A DNA stretch of 63,804 bases, filler included, from Perkinsus chesapeaki ATCC PRA-425 (lineage: Eukaryota; Protista; Perkinsozoa): NCBI GenBank assembly GCA_013115145.1. It is 6 parts of 6 records of this genome, joined end to end, with 100 filler letters (N's around TTAATTAATTAA, not from the genome) between each part and the next. Parts side by side here need not be neighbours in the genome. Positions count along the whole stretch, not along the records: positions 1 to 19,182 come from JAAPAO010000645.1; 5 more parts are not named here. The stretch is one strand, 5' to 3'. Below the pieces are notes generated by a model. That model was given only the letters and a program-made list of their open reading frames with translations. It was not told where the DNA came from and did no database searches. Of this stretch, positions 1 to 12,400 are shown piece by piece. The stretch's first letter is position 1; every line of letters starts with the position of its first letter. The translations under genes and the position numbers were made by a program.

Positions 1-113
1 TGATACGGAGGAGGAGATATAATAGAAAGGAGTTTGATAGGAAATATGTTACTAGTGATACGGAGGAGGAGATCTAATAGAAAGGAGTTTGATAGGAAAT
101 ATGTCACTAGTGA
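1..113. repeat. 55-bp tandem repeat, 2 copies
   Basis: TGATACGGAGGAGGAGAT(A/C)TAATAGAAAGGAGTTTGATAGGAAATATGT(T/C)ACTAG at 1-55 and 56-110, then TGA; 2 mismatches. Confidence 0.9.
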
Positions 114-157
114 ACGAATAAGCATGAAATCGTCTTGTTGTTAGTACGGCAAATATG

Positions 158-3100
158 GAGGTAACAGACAACAACAGCAATCTGGTCAGAGTGGATCAAA
201 GCGACCTCAACCGGTGGTTATAAGTCAAAGGGGACAACAACAACAAAGTAATAGGAACGAGATATCGTTGATTCATATATTAATATAGAAAGTGTCGGTA
301 TGAAGGAGTTATCATTGGTTTATATATTAATATAGAAAGTGTCGGTATGAAGGAGTTATCATTGATTTATTTACTAATATTGAAAGTGTCGGTATGAAGT
401 AGTTTTGTATGTTACTATTCCCCTAACCACAACCTGTCCCCCATGCGACTATTAATTTAGGATTTGTCGGTATGAGCTATTCCGTTTGCCATTCGCCCTC
501 TCCACAAATTGCTGTGTGTTTCCAAGATAAAATTTTGGAGAAAATTTTCCGAAATCTTCGTTGAATTTTCCTGCGTAATAAAGAAGCAATTCATGGCGAT
601 TGTGGTGGAGTTTTAATAACGAAGTCATCGGACTTGTCTGGTTCGAAATTAGTAGCGTTCTTAGCAGGGCTGGCATCGTCCCCTAGTGGGCAGTCCTCTA
701 GGACGACATTGACGAGATCTCAGACAGGCGGCAGCAATACGGGGTCCAACGAACCGGTGGTGGATAGGATGTCGGAGTTGAAACGGAAGTTAGTGGAGAG
801 TCGCGGAGGTAGTATGAGGAACTTATATGAGGAACATGATATTACTGCGCGCCACGAAATAGGTTTGACGGCGGACTTGTCGGCCATGCAACCATCAGCG
901 GAGTCGGCGGCTAAGATTCCGAAGGTGGCGGCTCGGGGGAAGGCGGCGGCGGTGAGCGGGGAGACAGCCGCGACACAAGTTCATATGCATGCAAGAAGGA
1001 GTAAGGGAGGCTCTTCAACTCCGAAGGTACTGTGGGCCAATGGTGACGGTTTTAATAATGGCTGCTGTTCGGCGGGCAAAGAAGTGTTGGCTATGTCGTG
1101 ACGCGCGGTAGACTTTAATTGCTTAATAATACAGAAATTCAATATTAATAACATTTCTGGTTCGTCGTATTACTCATTGGATATGAAAGATTTGACTTTA
1201 AGGTAAAGGATTCAGCGAGGACCCTCATCGACAGTGATTCATCGTATCGAGTCTAAGTCAAGGATTTGTTTGTAAATTCAGAGGTCCCCATCTGGAGTGT
1301 CGAGTCCGTCGCATGAGGTGCCGAAGGCGGGTGTTCGGGCACCAGCAAAGGTTGGCAAACAGATCAGGGTTCAACACCCTCCACCGGCAGCGATAAATAC
1401 GAGAGGAGGGCAAGTGCATCATGTCGTGCATTTAGTAGGTGGGGGAATAGAACCTGTGCCCTTTGGCGGGATAGTCGGGTGCTCTACGGTTAGACTAATT
1501 TGCCCTGATTTGTCAGGCTAAGCATAAGCCGTCTACTACGCCAGCCCCTCCGCCTCCTAAGGCAGCTGCACATCCAGTTAGACATGTCCGAGGGCCTTCA
1601 GAGCCTCGAGGGGAGAGTGGTAGTAGCGAAGGCGGCAACAGCACAGCGTTGGCCCCACCGACGATGCCGGTGCCGTTGATATCGATAGGGCATCAGACCA
1701 AGGTGATATGGAAGGTCTTTGTATTGCAGAAGTTAAGGGCGTTGTCTGGTGATCGAAGGACCCTAGTTCAATTCCTGCCATTGGCATCACTTATCTTTAG
1801 TCTACCCCGCAGCCTACCTCACCAGTGTCGGTTAAGAGCCTACAGCGGACTCCAGTGAGACGAACGGATGAGGGGAAGGTAGTAGAGTTGGCAGGGGTGG
1901 ATTCAGAGTCCACCAAGCTGGAGAGCTCTTCCAACAGCGAACTGGATTACACCCAATAATTATACGTCTTATTCTTCTGCGACCAATTCCGGGAGTGTTT
2001 CTCAATTCCTGAGGCTGGAATCGTAGTGGTACGAAAGCCGGAGTCATTATACTTGTTTAGTTGCGAGAGTTGATACCATCCGAGCTGGCGGAGGCCTCCA
2101 CGAGGGCATCCCAGCCCAGAACGGCACCAGCGGCCGCCCATAATCCGGCCGCAGCAGCAGCAACGGTAATGAATTTTGTGGCGCAGTGACGATACTAGTG
2201 ATATGATAGGAGGCGCCGACTAGAGGGGTACAGTCGGCGGTTAGTCGTTTGCGTACGTTGGAGCATTTGCGAGCGAAGAAAGCAGCGCAACAAATGAAGG
2301 AGGGGGAGGTAATTGAACCAGGGACCTTGTGATTATAAAAGAGGCGCTCTACCGTTGGGCTAATATGACTTTGTTAGTCTGTCGCCGTGGCAAAAGCAGC
2401 TCCTGTGGTAGTGCCCTCGGATCCCAAACCCACTCCTGTTATAGTAGCGAAGGCAGCACCGGTAGCAGCCAAGAGTGAAAAGCCAGCAGAGGGCGCGGTA
2501 GGATGGGAAGGATGGGAGTTCATTCGACTTTCACTTATTCACGGTCCTCCTAGATGCCATACACACTTTCCTAGAGAATACCGAACGGTAGTATCATTTA
2601 AAATGACAATGACTCATCTTTTAAAATGATTCATACTTTCTATTATTTCCTGTACTACAACTAATATTATTTCACTCTGGGACTGTAATATACTTGATGG
2701 TGGCACAAGAAGTACTCTGAAATACTAACGTACACGCTCTCTTAAACCGCCGCTCCTCCGGCGACGGTGGCGGAGGAGCGGTTTCGTGTTGGAGCTCGAT
2801 AAGGGAGTGGAATCCTCCGAATGAGCGTTTAGTGTGTTGACCTTTTCTAAATGTGATTTTCTTCGCAACGACGGCTCGCTATGATCCATGGGAATTCTTG
2901 TGATCTTCTTCAGGTGCCCCCCTCGGCAGCGGCGCCCAAAGCAGCAGAAGTGATGAAACCTGTCAGTGTCAAAGACGGAGAACAATCTTTAACAGAGAGA
3001 ATGGTGGAGGCTGTGCTGTCACAGCTGATCGAGACACATAGCCAGTGGTGAGTGGTGGGCTACTCGGGATGCGTACGGGTTTACGATAGGGGGAGGGACA

Positions 3101-3774
3101 GCAGATGATGTTATGCCAGACAGAAGGAATATATTTGCTGTTGCCTTTTGGTGGTATCGGAGCAAATCCTCTACCGAAATTCCTATTTTATCTTCTCTGC
3201 ACTGCGAGACACGTTTCTGTGAGGGTAAGGCTGAATACACTAAGATTGGGCGGTGTAACAAGTGACCATACAGTTGGAGAATTTATCCGAATTTTAGTCG
3301 CAAACACATAGGCAAACTGGTGAGGAGATGCCGGCAGCGATTTTCATGTGATAGGTTGGCGGATCACTGTGGAGTTGATAGAGCATCTTTGAGAGTTGAT
3401 GATGTGGAAGTTGCCGGCATGGAGGTTAAAGAAGTGGATGAGATGTTATTAGAAGAGACGGCGACTTTTGAAACCAAATTGAAGGCATCTGGCAGGTAAG
3501 ATGAATGGATTCTTGCTCGCCAAGAAATTGAGCACCTTCACGCGGTCCTCGATCACGACGGCCAGTATCTGATGGCGGGTTCAATTGGTCGCGGATGTTA
3601 GTAAAGGTACAGCAATACACTCATCTGCGTATATAGAGTATCTATAAGGTTCAGCGTCACATTGTCAGATATCTCGATGCGGTCCGACCGGTTCTTGATA
3701 AGCTGCCCAAACTGACGTCGGCTGAGGAGGAGTCTTTTGGACTTCATCAAAAAGCTCCGGCAGTTGCGAAATAA
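158..3774 (+). CDS. Multi-exon hypothetical protein, Ala/Pro/Lys/Gln-rich; 5' end undefined
   Basis: Successive GT-AG-bounded coding-like blocks: the 634 ORF, AKAAPVVVPSDPKPTPV (~2390), GAPSAAAPKAAEVMKP...IETHSQW|gtgagt (~2915-3050), WRIYPNFSRKHIGKL|gtgagg, LADHCGVDRASLRVDD...KASGR|gtaaga, and last exon YLDAVRPVLDKLPK...APAVAK* ending 3774. No family recognised; the exon chain is not fully resolved. Confidence 0.5.
275..400. repeat. 47-bp tandem repeat, ~3 copies
   Basis: AGTGTCGGTATGAAG recurs at 291, 338 and 385 (period 47); probably intronic. Confidence 0.9.
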
Positions 3775-3797
3775 ACGTGACATTTGGTATCATTCTG

Positions 3798-4729
3798 TTT
3801 GATGAGTGTTTCCTAGTAACTCTTCTGAAAGGAAGACAGATTTTGTGTCGGCTGACGGGACAGGCATGCTTGTGCTTCTAAGGTCTTTTCGTTTCTTTGC
3901 CGGATGACTGTTCCTAAACATCAAACAGATAAAGCCCTGATGGTCACCAAATTGCGGGCAAGACTACTTTGAATGAAGGCTCGAACGCGATAAGTGGTGA
4001 AATTGAGAGAGCTTTAGGCGATATTGACAAAACTTCGGACGGAGATAGACACTGATGGCTTATCTTGGACAGCTTTGATAGCCTTGGCTATCGCTATCCA
4101 AGGTTGGTCAGCGATTGGCCCCGCTCCCAGCGATGGGTTTATACACGGCACGGTCTCAATGCGCCGTTGATGGGTGCCAAGATTCCCAATCATCGTGAAG
4201 CATTGCTTTTCATGTGATACCTTGATTGAGAAATTTTTTTCTCGACGAGCTTTTCCAACAGAATTTACAGGTGCCCGTGTTACATATTCCTTGCTAGCGA
4301 AGACTCCATCCAGCTGCTGACAATGACCGATGCTTTCGCGCCATGGACGGTATGATGTTTGTGCTTTCGCAGTATCTATTTCACCTGTATGCCTGTGCGG
4401 GGAATGGCTCTTATGTTCGTTATTTTCTTCACGATACCTTCACCGACTGGAGTTCATCGAGAGGTAGGGTTCCCGTAGCTACTCGCTATGCGGGGCCAAC
4501 GAAGTCCGTTGATGCTGGACTGCCGAAGCATTTTCTAATGGTCACTCGCTCCAGCCTGTTCATTTGTAAATTGCAAGATCATTGGAAGGCTGTTTACACT
4601 CTCAGGTGTTCCTGGTCTTCATTATCAACCAAGCGCAAGATTAAAACAGTGCTTTGTGAGTGTTTAGTATGAACTTATCTAAAAGGGAGACAGATTTTGT
4701 GTTGGCTGACGGGACAGGCGTGTTTGTGC
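3798..4729 (+). repeat. Diverged ~75-bp direct repeat pair (3798-3875 and 4652-4729)
   Basis: Both copies contain GAGTGTTT...AGACAGATTTTGTGT(C/T)GGCTGACGGGACAGGC(A/G)TG(C/T)TTGTGC; the second lies 48 bp upstream of the ATG at 4778. Confidence 0.8.
4020..4410 (+). pseudogene. Possible decayed paralog of the FkbM-like methyltransferase
   Basis: Broken frames give DIDKTSDGDRH*WLILDSFDSLGYRYPRLV and CFRAMDGMMF...ACAGNGSYV, weakly echoing DIDGNDFYVWLALDYVKPLLV and SLRAMCTV...ANAVNALFV of the intact gene; preceded by the same upstream repeat. Confidence 0.25.
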
Positions 4730-4777
4730 CGTTAGATTCCACCTGTTTCTCTCTGCCCCGCTAGTCGCGGTTTTTCC

Positions 4778-6403
4778 ATGAACTATCTGCGTCATACCAC
4801 TCTCGCCTTTGCCTTCTCATCGATTTCATTTGGATGTCCGATCAGGTTTGATAGGTTTCGTGACGCCGTGACGCCTCACATCAACGCGTCTGTCGTTGAC
4901 TTTAACTTTTTTCGTCTAGCTCAGGAGGCTGGTGTATTTGAGACCTCCGATGTTGTAGAGGAGTGCCCGGAAAGTCTGCTGCTTGCTCTGGCGGTCTTTA
5001 TCGCTGAGCAATATCCGAAGTCGCTGCTGGCAGGTATGGAATCTTATGTTGCGCACGCGGAAGATTTTGAGCTCACCAACGAGAACTACCTCACTCTGTT
5101 GCCTTATTACCTCCTACCTCGGATGGCGTCGACGGAGGCAAGCAGAGTTATAGACGGATGGGCAACTTGGAGAATCGGTGACGCCGTGAAGAGGCTGCAG
5201 CGCATCCGGAAGATTTTGGATGACTTCGTTCTGGCAGCGTACAGTGTTCACGAGGTGGCAACCTATGAGGATATGGCGTCGCGCGCCACGAAATTGGAGC
5301 TTGGTGTCCCAATAAGTCTGGCTTATTTCGAGAAGTCTGTATTTTCTCAGAATGGAGAAGATGGCGTCATTGAGGCTGCTGTTGCAGCCTTGGGTGATGC
5401 GCCGCAACTTCTGATGGAAAAACCGTATTCCGTCGAGATCGGTGTGCAGAGCGGTGTGCAGTGCAATACAAGAGCATTGCGGTTATCTCGTCACTGGCGC
5501 GGTATTATGTTTGACAAGTCCCACTTCAACCCTTATGTGAATCTCCACAGAGAGTTCGTCAGTCCCGAGAATGTGAACAGGATTCTGAGGGACTACTCGG
5601 TTCCTACTAATGTCGCCTTTGTCTCTATCGATATTGATGGTAACGATTTCTACGTATGGCTCGCCTTGGACTACGTGAAGCCTCTGTTGGTTATGATTGA
5701 GATCAACGGCTATCTTGCCGATATGGATGGTGTTATATTCTACGACGCTGAGTTCGTGAACGACGGCACTACTTATTATGGTGCATCTCTGCGAGCTATG
5801 TGTACAGTTGCTCGGCTTAAAGGGTATAGTCTGGTATGGGCTAATGCTGTTAATGCATTATTTGTAATGGAGGAGTACAGCGATAGGTTTGATAAAGCTG
5901 GTGAGTATCTTATGTTGAAGGCTGCATTCACTGTATGATTTATCATATAACTATTACCTTCTATCCCTTCTATCGTGTATCTGGATACTAGCCATTATGG
6001 TGAAACTTTTATACGTTTCCTTTCTTCTTCGTATACATGCCGTATAGTTTATCATTTTAGATTAGCTTAGCGCCTTCAGCACTGCCTGCGTCTTGCTCCA
6101 TTCAGTCCAAGTCCCTGGATTTGAATGGATAATATATTCAAATCGTTCCTTCTTTCTCATCTTTCAAGTACTCTTATTATCGTGTGTATTACGGAAATAT
6201 ATACTTGAGTAAATTCCAAGCGTGGAAGGTCCCTCACTTGGATGGCTCGAGCTTTCCTTCATACCGCTCTCTCCTCAGATGACAGAGAGTTCTGGGTGCA
6301 CTCCGACAACGGCCACCCAATCGATCCATTAAACAGAGAGTTCCTGTCGAGCGAAGATGCCATCAAATTCTGGACCATGCTGACTGCCCATGATTCCCAA
6401 TAG
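4778..6403 (+). CDS. FkbM-like (Methyltransf_21-type) SAM-dependent methyltransferase with N-terminal signal-like peptide; exons 4778-5900 and 6279-6403
   Basis: Motifs VFSQNGEDGVI, VEIGVQSG, SIDIDGND, YYGASLRAM. A phase-1 intron (gtgagt 5901 ... ctcctcag 6278) joins in frame to DDREFWVHSDNGHPIDPLNREF...HDSQ*, which is a typical C-terminus for this family. Confidence 0.8.
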
Positions 6404-6468
6404 CTGTGTGGAGCGGTGTTTTCTTTCTTACGGTTTTTCTATCAGATTTAGTTTTTTCAATAACCATA

Positions 6469-9400
6469 ATGGTAGCACCTCGCGTATCCGCCAAGAAGGC
6501 ACCCAAGCACTCCTCATCCGCAAGAAAACATGCCGTTGAAGACGAAGTTGCCGATGAAGCCGTCGAGTGAGCTGTGGGGGGGAGAGTCATATCTTGCAAT
6601 CTTGTGGAATCTTGCATTTTCTTAAATTCTCTCGTCCTTTCTCAGGTCATTTAGAAGGACTCAGGCGTGGCGTCAGAAGTATGATGAGCAGGTTCAAACA
6701 CAACTGAAAGATAAGCGCCAAAGACTCATTTCTGTTGCTAACCGTTTACCTTGTAAGAAAAATGCCATTGCTGGGGATAGAACCTGGGGTCGTTTGAATA
6801 CTAGTGCTGTGGGTATTCCCGCTGAGCTGTTGTCATTAGGTACCATTCATAAGGATAAAGATACCGGAAAGTGGGTAGCGACCAAGAGCTCTGGTGGTTT
6901 GGTATCTGCATTGGGTGGCGTCTCCGGTATTGACATGCTTTGGATCGGCTGGCCTGGCTGTGAAGTGCCCGATGAGGAGAAACCCGAAGTTGAGGCATTG
7001 GTAAGAGTTCGCGTGATTTGAGAGAAGTTTGGTGTTAAATGATGATCCTGCTATAATTGTGTGTAGTATATAGCAGTTCTAACTGTCATACCTAGAGCCA
7101 TATAGGACATAGCCTATATACATTATATATGCTTTCCATTATAATAATATATCCTGTATTATCTTTTCTTGTATTAGAATCTCGTGCACTTAGAGCGTTG
7201 ACATTCTATTTGTTTTAATTTTGCCGCGTGTTCTCGGTCGCTTTTATAGTTCATACACTTGTTGCATATTTTTATGAATACATAGTCGATAGTCGCGGCT
7301 GTTGTCCCGTAATGTTACTGCTTATGTGTAGTTCTCTCCATTGCTTACCGGTCCGGGATAGTAATTTCATTTTCAGTAATGCAGCGTGAAGTGTAGAATC
7401 GTTGTTACTTGTTTATTGTGCAAATTGTCTCCTTGTAGGTTGCTGCGGAAGGCTGCTATCCCGTGTTCCTAACAGATGAAGAGATCGACTTGTATTATAA
7501 CGGTTTCTGTAACAATACACTATGGCCACTCTTCCATTACATAACTCCACCAATGGAAGGTGATATCTTAGCTTGAAGCGTGCATGATGCGGATTATATC
7601 AGGTGTCATTCAACGAAATACATTAGAGTGGGAAACCTACCAGAAGGTTAACGCCAAATTCGTCGATGCAATCATGAATGTAGGCTGCACGCATGCGCAC
7701 AAAGATTCTTCGACCTCTCTATCTCAGGTGCTTACCGACAATGACCTGGTCTGGGCGCAGGATTATCATCTAATGCTTGTACGTGTCGCGAAATCTCCGT
7801 GAATTTTTATTTCTTGGAGGTAGGTTCCCAAGCTGCTTCGCGAGCGCGTTCCTAACGCCAGTATCGGTTGGTTTTTGCACACACCTTTCCCTTCTGCTGA
7901 AATCTACAGGATGCTACCGTAAGCTGTAAATCTTTATAGTGCGATAGGAATATCTTTCGGTTTCAGACAGCGTGAGGAGCTCCTTCAAGGTTTGTTATCT
8001 GCCAACTTGTTGGCATTTCATGTAAGTCCGGGACAGCCCAGGATTGTGCGCTCGACTGCCGCACTTGGAAATCTTTGAGGTTTGCATTTCGGAAGTTTTC
8101 CTGATCACTCAATTCCTGACCTCTTCAATTTCCCGTTTCACCTACATCCTTTACGTTCTAATGCATTTTTGGGATCATTCTCCAAAGCGAATTGGCGTAT
8201 CTGTCTGTGATGACTTTTGCCAGGTCTACGACTATGTCCGACATTTCTTGTCCAGCTGCCGCCAATTGACCAGTCTAGAAATCACTCCACGAGGAGTGGA
8301 TGCCACACCACTCAACGGCAACTTTGTAAGTCTCCTCGGTTCGATCCGCAGCGAGGGTATTTTAATTATATTTTCTGTTAGGTAAGATGCACTGCCATTC
8401 CCATTGGTATTGACCCTACATCTTTCACTTCTGTCGCTGAATCTCAATCCGTGGCGACTCGAGTAGCCAGTCTCAAGGAGCAATGGGGAGGCAGGAAGGT
8501 TATCCTAGGTAAGATGAGTCATACAACAACATTGCTAGTTCCTGAGTCCCGAGCATCCCTTGCTCGCTTTGTAATGCAACGCTGTAGTGGTGAAGGTTAG
8601 TCTTTAATCTCGTGATGATTTACCTATTTAGTGAACAATCGCTCGTGACGGTCCAATGGGAAAGTGGCACTGTCCCATACTGCATGCGTATGCATAGTGG
8701 TACGAATTTGTAGTTGTTGGTGGTCATTCTCAGAGATCATATTTCCGTCTCGAGTTGGACGTCTCGTTCGCAATAGACCAGTGTTATGCATATAAATTAC
8801 ATAACTAATCCCACAGTAATTTTCCATCGGAAGTGGTGGTAGATTGTTTAGCAAAGCTAGCACAGCCAAGGGTGAAGCTCCCTATTCCGAGCTTGACCCT
8901 TCACTGTGTCAGCAGGATTCCCTACACCATCGGTGCTATAATTTGATCTTTATTAGGTGTCGATCGTCTGGACTACATAAAGGGCATTCCTCATAAGCTG
9001 AAGGCGTTTGATATGTTCCTCGATGAGCATCCCGAGTGGGCATCGCAGTGTGTCTTGGTAAGTCGAGTTGCTATCTATACCGAGGCTGGTGGAAAACCAT
9101 TTCACCAGAAATTTTCCGAGATTTCGTAAATTTTGATGAAATTTCCGAAAATTTTAGAGTTTTATGGAAGTCCCGGCGGTTTCTGGGTGTTCTCGTCGAT
9201 TGTAGATGGAATTAGAGAAATGCAATCGTTAAGCTTGTGAAGCGTTGGACTCCTTACTTGGCATTCTCACAGGTTCAATTGGCCATTCCCACCCGTAGCG
9301 AAGTGCCAGAGTATAAGAGGCTGCAGCGTCAGGTTCGGGGAGTGGCTCGGGGGGTTTTCCAGGCGTGGTTATCTAGGTTCACGAAATGGTGGGCTCGATT

Positions 9401-12400
9401 TGTGGCAAGCACAGCAATTTGTATACTGGTCCGCCGGTCATCTATTTGGATGGCAGCGTAGACCACGAAGAGCTGGTAAGAAGCGATTTGGCCTAGTCGT
9501 TAGCGTTGTGTCTTCTCTTTCGCTCGACTCTGGTTCGATCCCTGCTTCTCAGACTGCACTTTACCGAGTAGCTGATGTCGCCCTGATCACTTCAATTCGT
9601 GATGGTATGAACTTGGTTGCCTTCGAGTATGTTGCTTCCCAACAACACAAGTAAGCTTGGATGTTATTGCGACGCAAGCATTACTTAGTTGCAGCTTCGA
9701 AAGGCAAAAACTGTACCGTGGAATCCCTCGTAATGCCTGGACGTGAATTTGCATACCTAAGACTACCTAGCGCTTCATTCGCTGTATAAGTCACCCAGGA
9801 AGTCTCAATATCATAAAATTGAACTTGATCGGTATGCTTGCATAGTCTGGAGTAGACAATGGAGCGAACAACCCTATCAGATGGTTAAGAATAGTATTAT
9901 TAACTCTCGGACGAGCTTTTTGTTGTAGTTGTTGAGAATTGAAGTAGCATTATTACAATACCAATTTTCCTTGGACCATTTCTCCGAGCTGTTCGTCTCT
10001 CCGTGATGCGAGCTTACCTTCTTATCGTATTCCTGTTTCCCGCTAGTTTGATATCGCAAGGATCAAATTTTCCTGGCTGATCGCTTCCGGGATTCGAGCT
10101 CTCTCTCCCATTGTTAGGCTAGTTCACGGCAGACCAGTTAGACTTTATAGTACGTAGATTATTTATTCGTATAAACATTTTTAATATTGGCATAATATTC
10201 TCTTATATGATTTTATTGTATAATATTTTTCTGCACGACTATTTTTTCACCGGAGTTGTCCATCATCTGCATCACTTTCGATCCTCCATCGTTCTTCAGG
10301 AATGGCGTCCTTGTTATGAGTGAGTTTGCTGGAGCCGCACAATCCTTAGGTGCTGGAAGTGTAAGTGTATCGGTAGGCGAAGTGTTTTCGATGTTGATTT
10401 CAGATTCGCATCAACCCGTGGAATCTTGAGGAGGTCTCGTCGGCCATCTATGAGGCGCTGACAATGGGAGAGGAGAGTCGAAAGGAAATGCATCAATACT
10501 GCTTCAACTACAGTGAGACGGTGGCGTCACGGCGTCACATTTTTAATACCGTTTGCTCAGTTCATGCCCACACTGCCCAGCGCTGGGCTGAGACTTTCAT
10601 AGATACTCTAAAGGATGCATGTGCGCAGAGCGAAGAAATTACCGCATCGGTAAGGAGAATGAAATTCCCGTCGTCTCGAACCTTTTTGTAGGTCCCGCCG
10701 CTGGTGCCGTTTAATAGACTTTTGCGTTCGGTAGAATTGAGCAAGAAACGGCTATTGGTGAGTGTCGTCAATAATCGTGGGTATTCCTGTAGACGTTCAC
10801 TGTTCTTCATCGTTCATCGTATTTTTCTTACGCCGTTTGTCCCGTATTTTTTCCGAATGGATTGGAGAAGTGTTCACGCTTTTGACTGGATTGGACTCCT
10901 GTAAGGTATTCGCCTCCTTCAATTATTGATCAACAGACTTGTTAATTTTGATCTTTGAAACACTCGTTTCCGCTCGTTGAATTCTCATTTTCAATATCTT
11001 CCACACTTCCTCAGGTATTCAGTCTTATGGACTGTTTGGTACCATCTAAGACTCGTCGTGGTTTGCCAGTAATTCTATATCAATCAGTGATGTCGATACC
11101 AAAGGATCTAATGGACAGTCTTAAACACCTTGCCAATGATAAAAGTAAAACGTCGCGGGTTCGATCCCCAGTAGCGGTATTTTTAGATACTATAATGATG
11201 GTTACTACCAGTCACTCTAAGCAAGTCCTAGAAGATCTTCTAGGGCAGCTTCCCATTTATCTACTCCCTGAAAATGGCTGCATTTACCGAACGTAAGTTC
11301 CGGTTTAACTTCGCGTCGTGCAGGTCTCTCGGATGAGAGACCTTATCTGGTTTATCTTTTTCCAGGTTTGGTACGTAGCAACAGTAAGTATCATAAAGAC
11401 TCTATATATCACCAATGCTTCGCTCCGCACCATTTTCGACATTTTTCTATCTACCGCTGAATATTCAATAACTTAATTTATTATTAATTTATAAATATCT
11501 CGATGCTTCGCTCCGCTGAAATGTTTTTTCTGTTACTTTAGCCCTCAAGGTGAATGGAAGTATGCGGATGCCTTAGGAAACAGTACAGCTGATAACAACC
11601 AGGCTGAAGTGAGCTACGCATGCGTGCAATATTTTTATACCGCTCCTTCTTCAGGTCGAGGACAAATCCGACTCCACGGCAGTTGCCACGTCGCCTCGTC
11701 TCAGGGCGAGTTCTAAAGGTGGGTTTGGCAAGGAGGCGGGTTCGCTCCTCGGCATGGGTATTTTGTTAGTATCTGATAATGATTGGATGAGCGGCGTTGG
11801 GGAGGTTCTTCGTTATTTCCAGGAGAGAACACCAGGCAGCTACATTGACCGTACAGAGTAAGTGGGGTATCTCCAGCAGCAGCTCCGGATTGGCGCCACG
11901 TGGAGTCGAACTCATCTGTGCTTTTCTTCACCCTAGAAGGACATCGCATTGTCTTTCCTAAATTCGTCATATTTCTCACCTATTATCTTCCCGTCGTATC
12001 CCCACACAAGTACCCTATTCTCTAATTTCTTCGAGCTTCAATAACTTCCTTGGTAACATCACATTCGATTCTGGTGAAATTTATTCAATCTGAAAATGCT
12101 AATCGACGTTGCTTCATACCGCTCCTTTCTCTAATCACAGGTTCAGCCTCAAGTGGTTCTTCGATAACACCCGAAGTGATTTCGGTGCCATCCAGAGCCG
12201 CGATTTGATGATCCAGCTTCGGGCCGGCCCGCTAGCCAACGCCGAAGCTGAAATTGTCGTTGGCAACAAGTAAGTCGCATCCGACCTCAAACGAATCTTT
12301 TTTCACACAATTTCAAGGTATATCGAGATCCGACCGAGAGACTGTTCGATGGCATCAAATTTGGAAAAGATACTTCACTATGAAGTGCTCAACACCGCAG

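Noticed and set aside
1-3300. Retrotransposon gag remnants
   Set aside because: No zinc knuckle or protease motif; the blocks are bounded by GT-AG and read as an ordinary low-complexity multi-exon gene.
9476-9552. Functional tRNA gene
   Set aside because: Acceptor and anticodon stems do not pair; kept only as a tRNA-derived relic.
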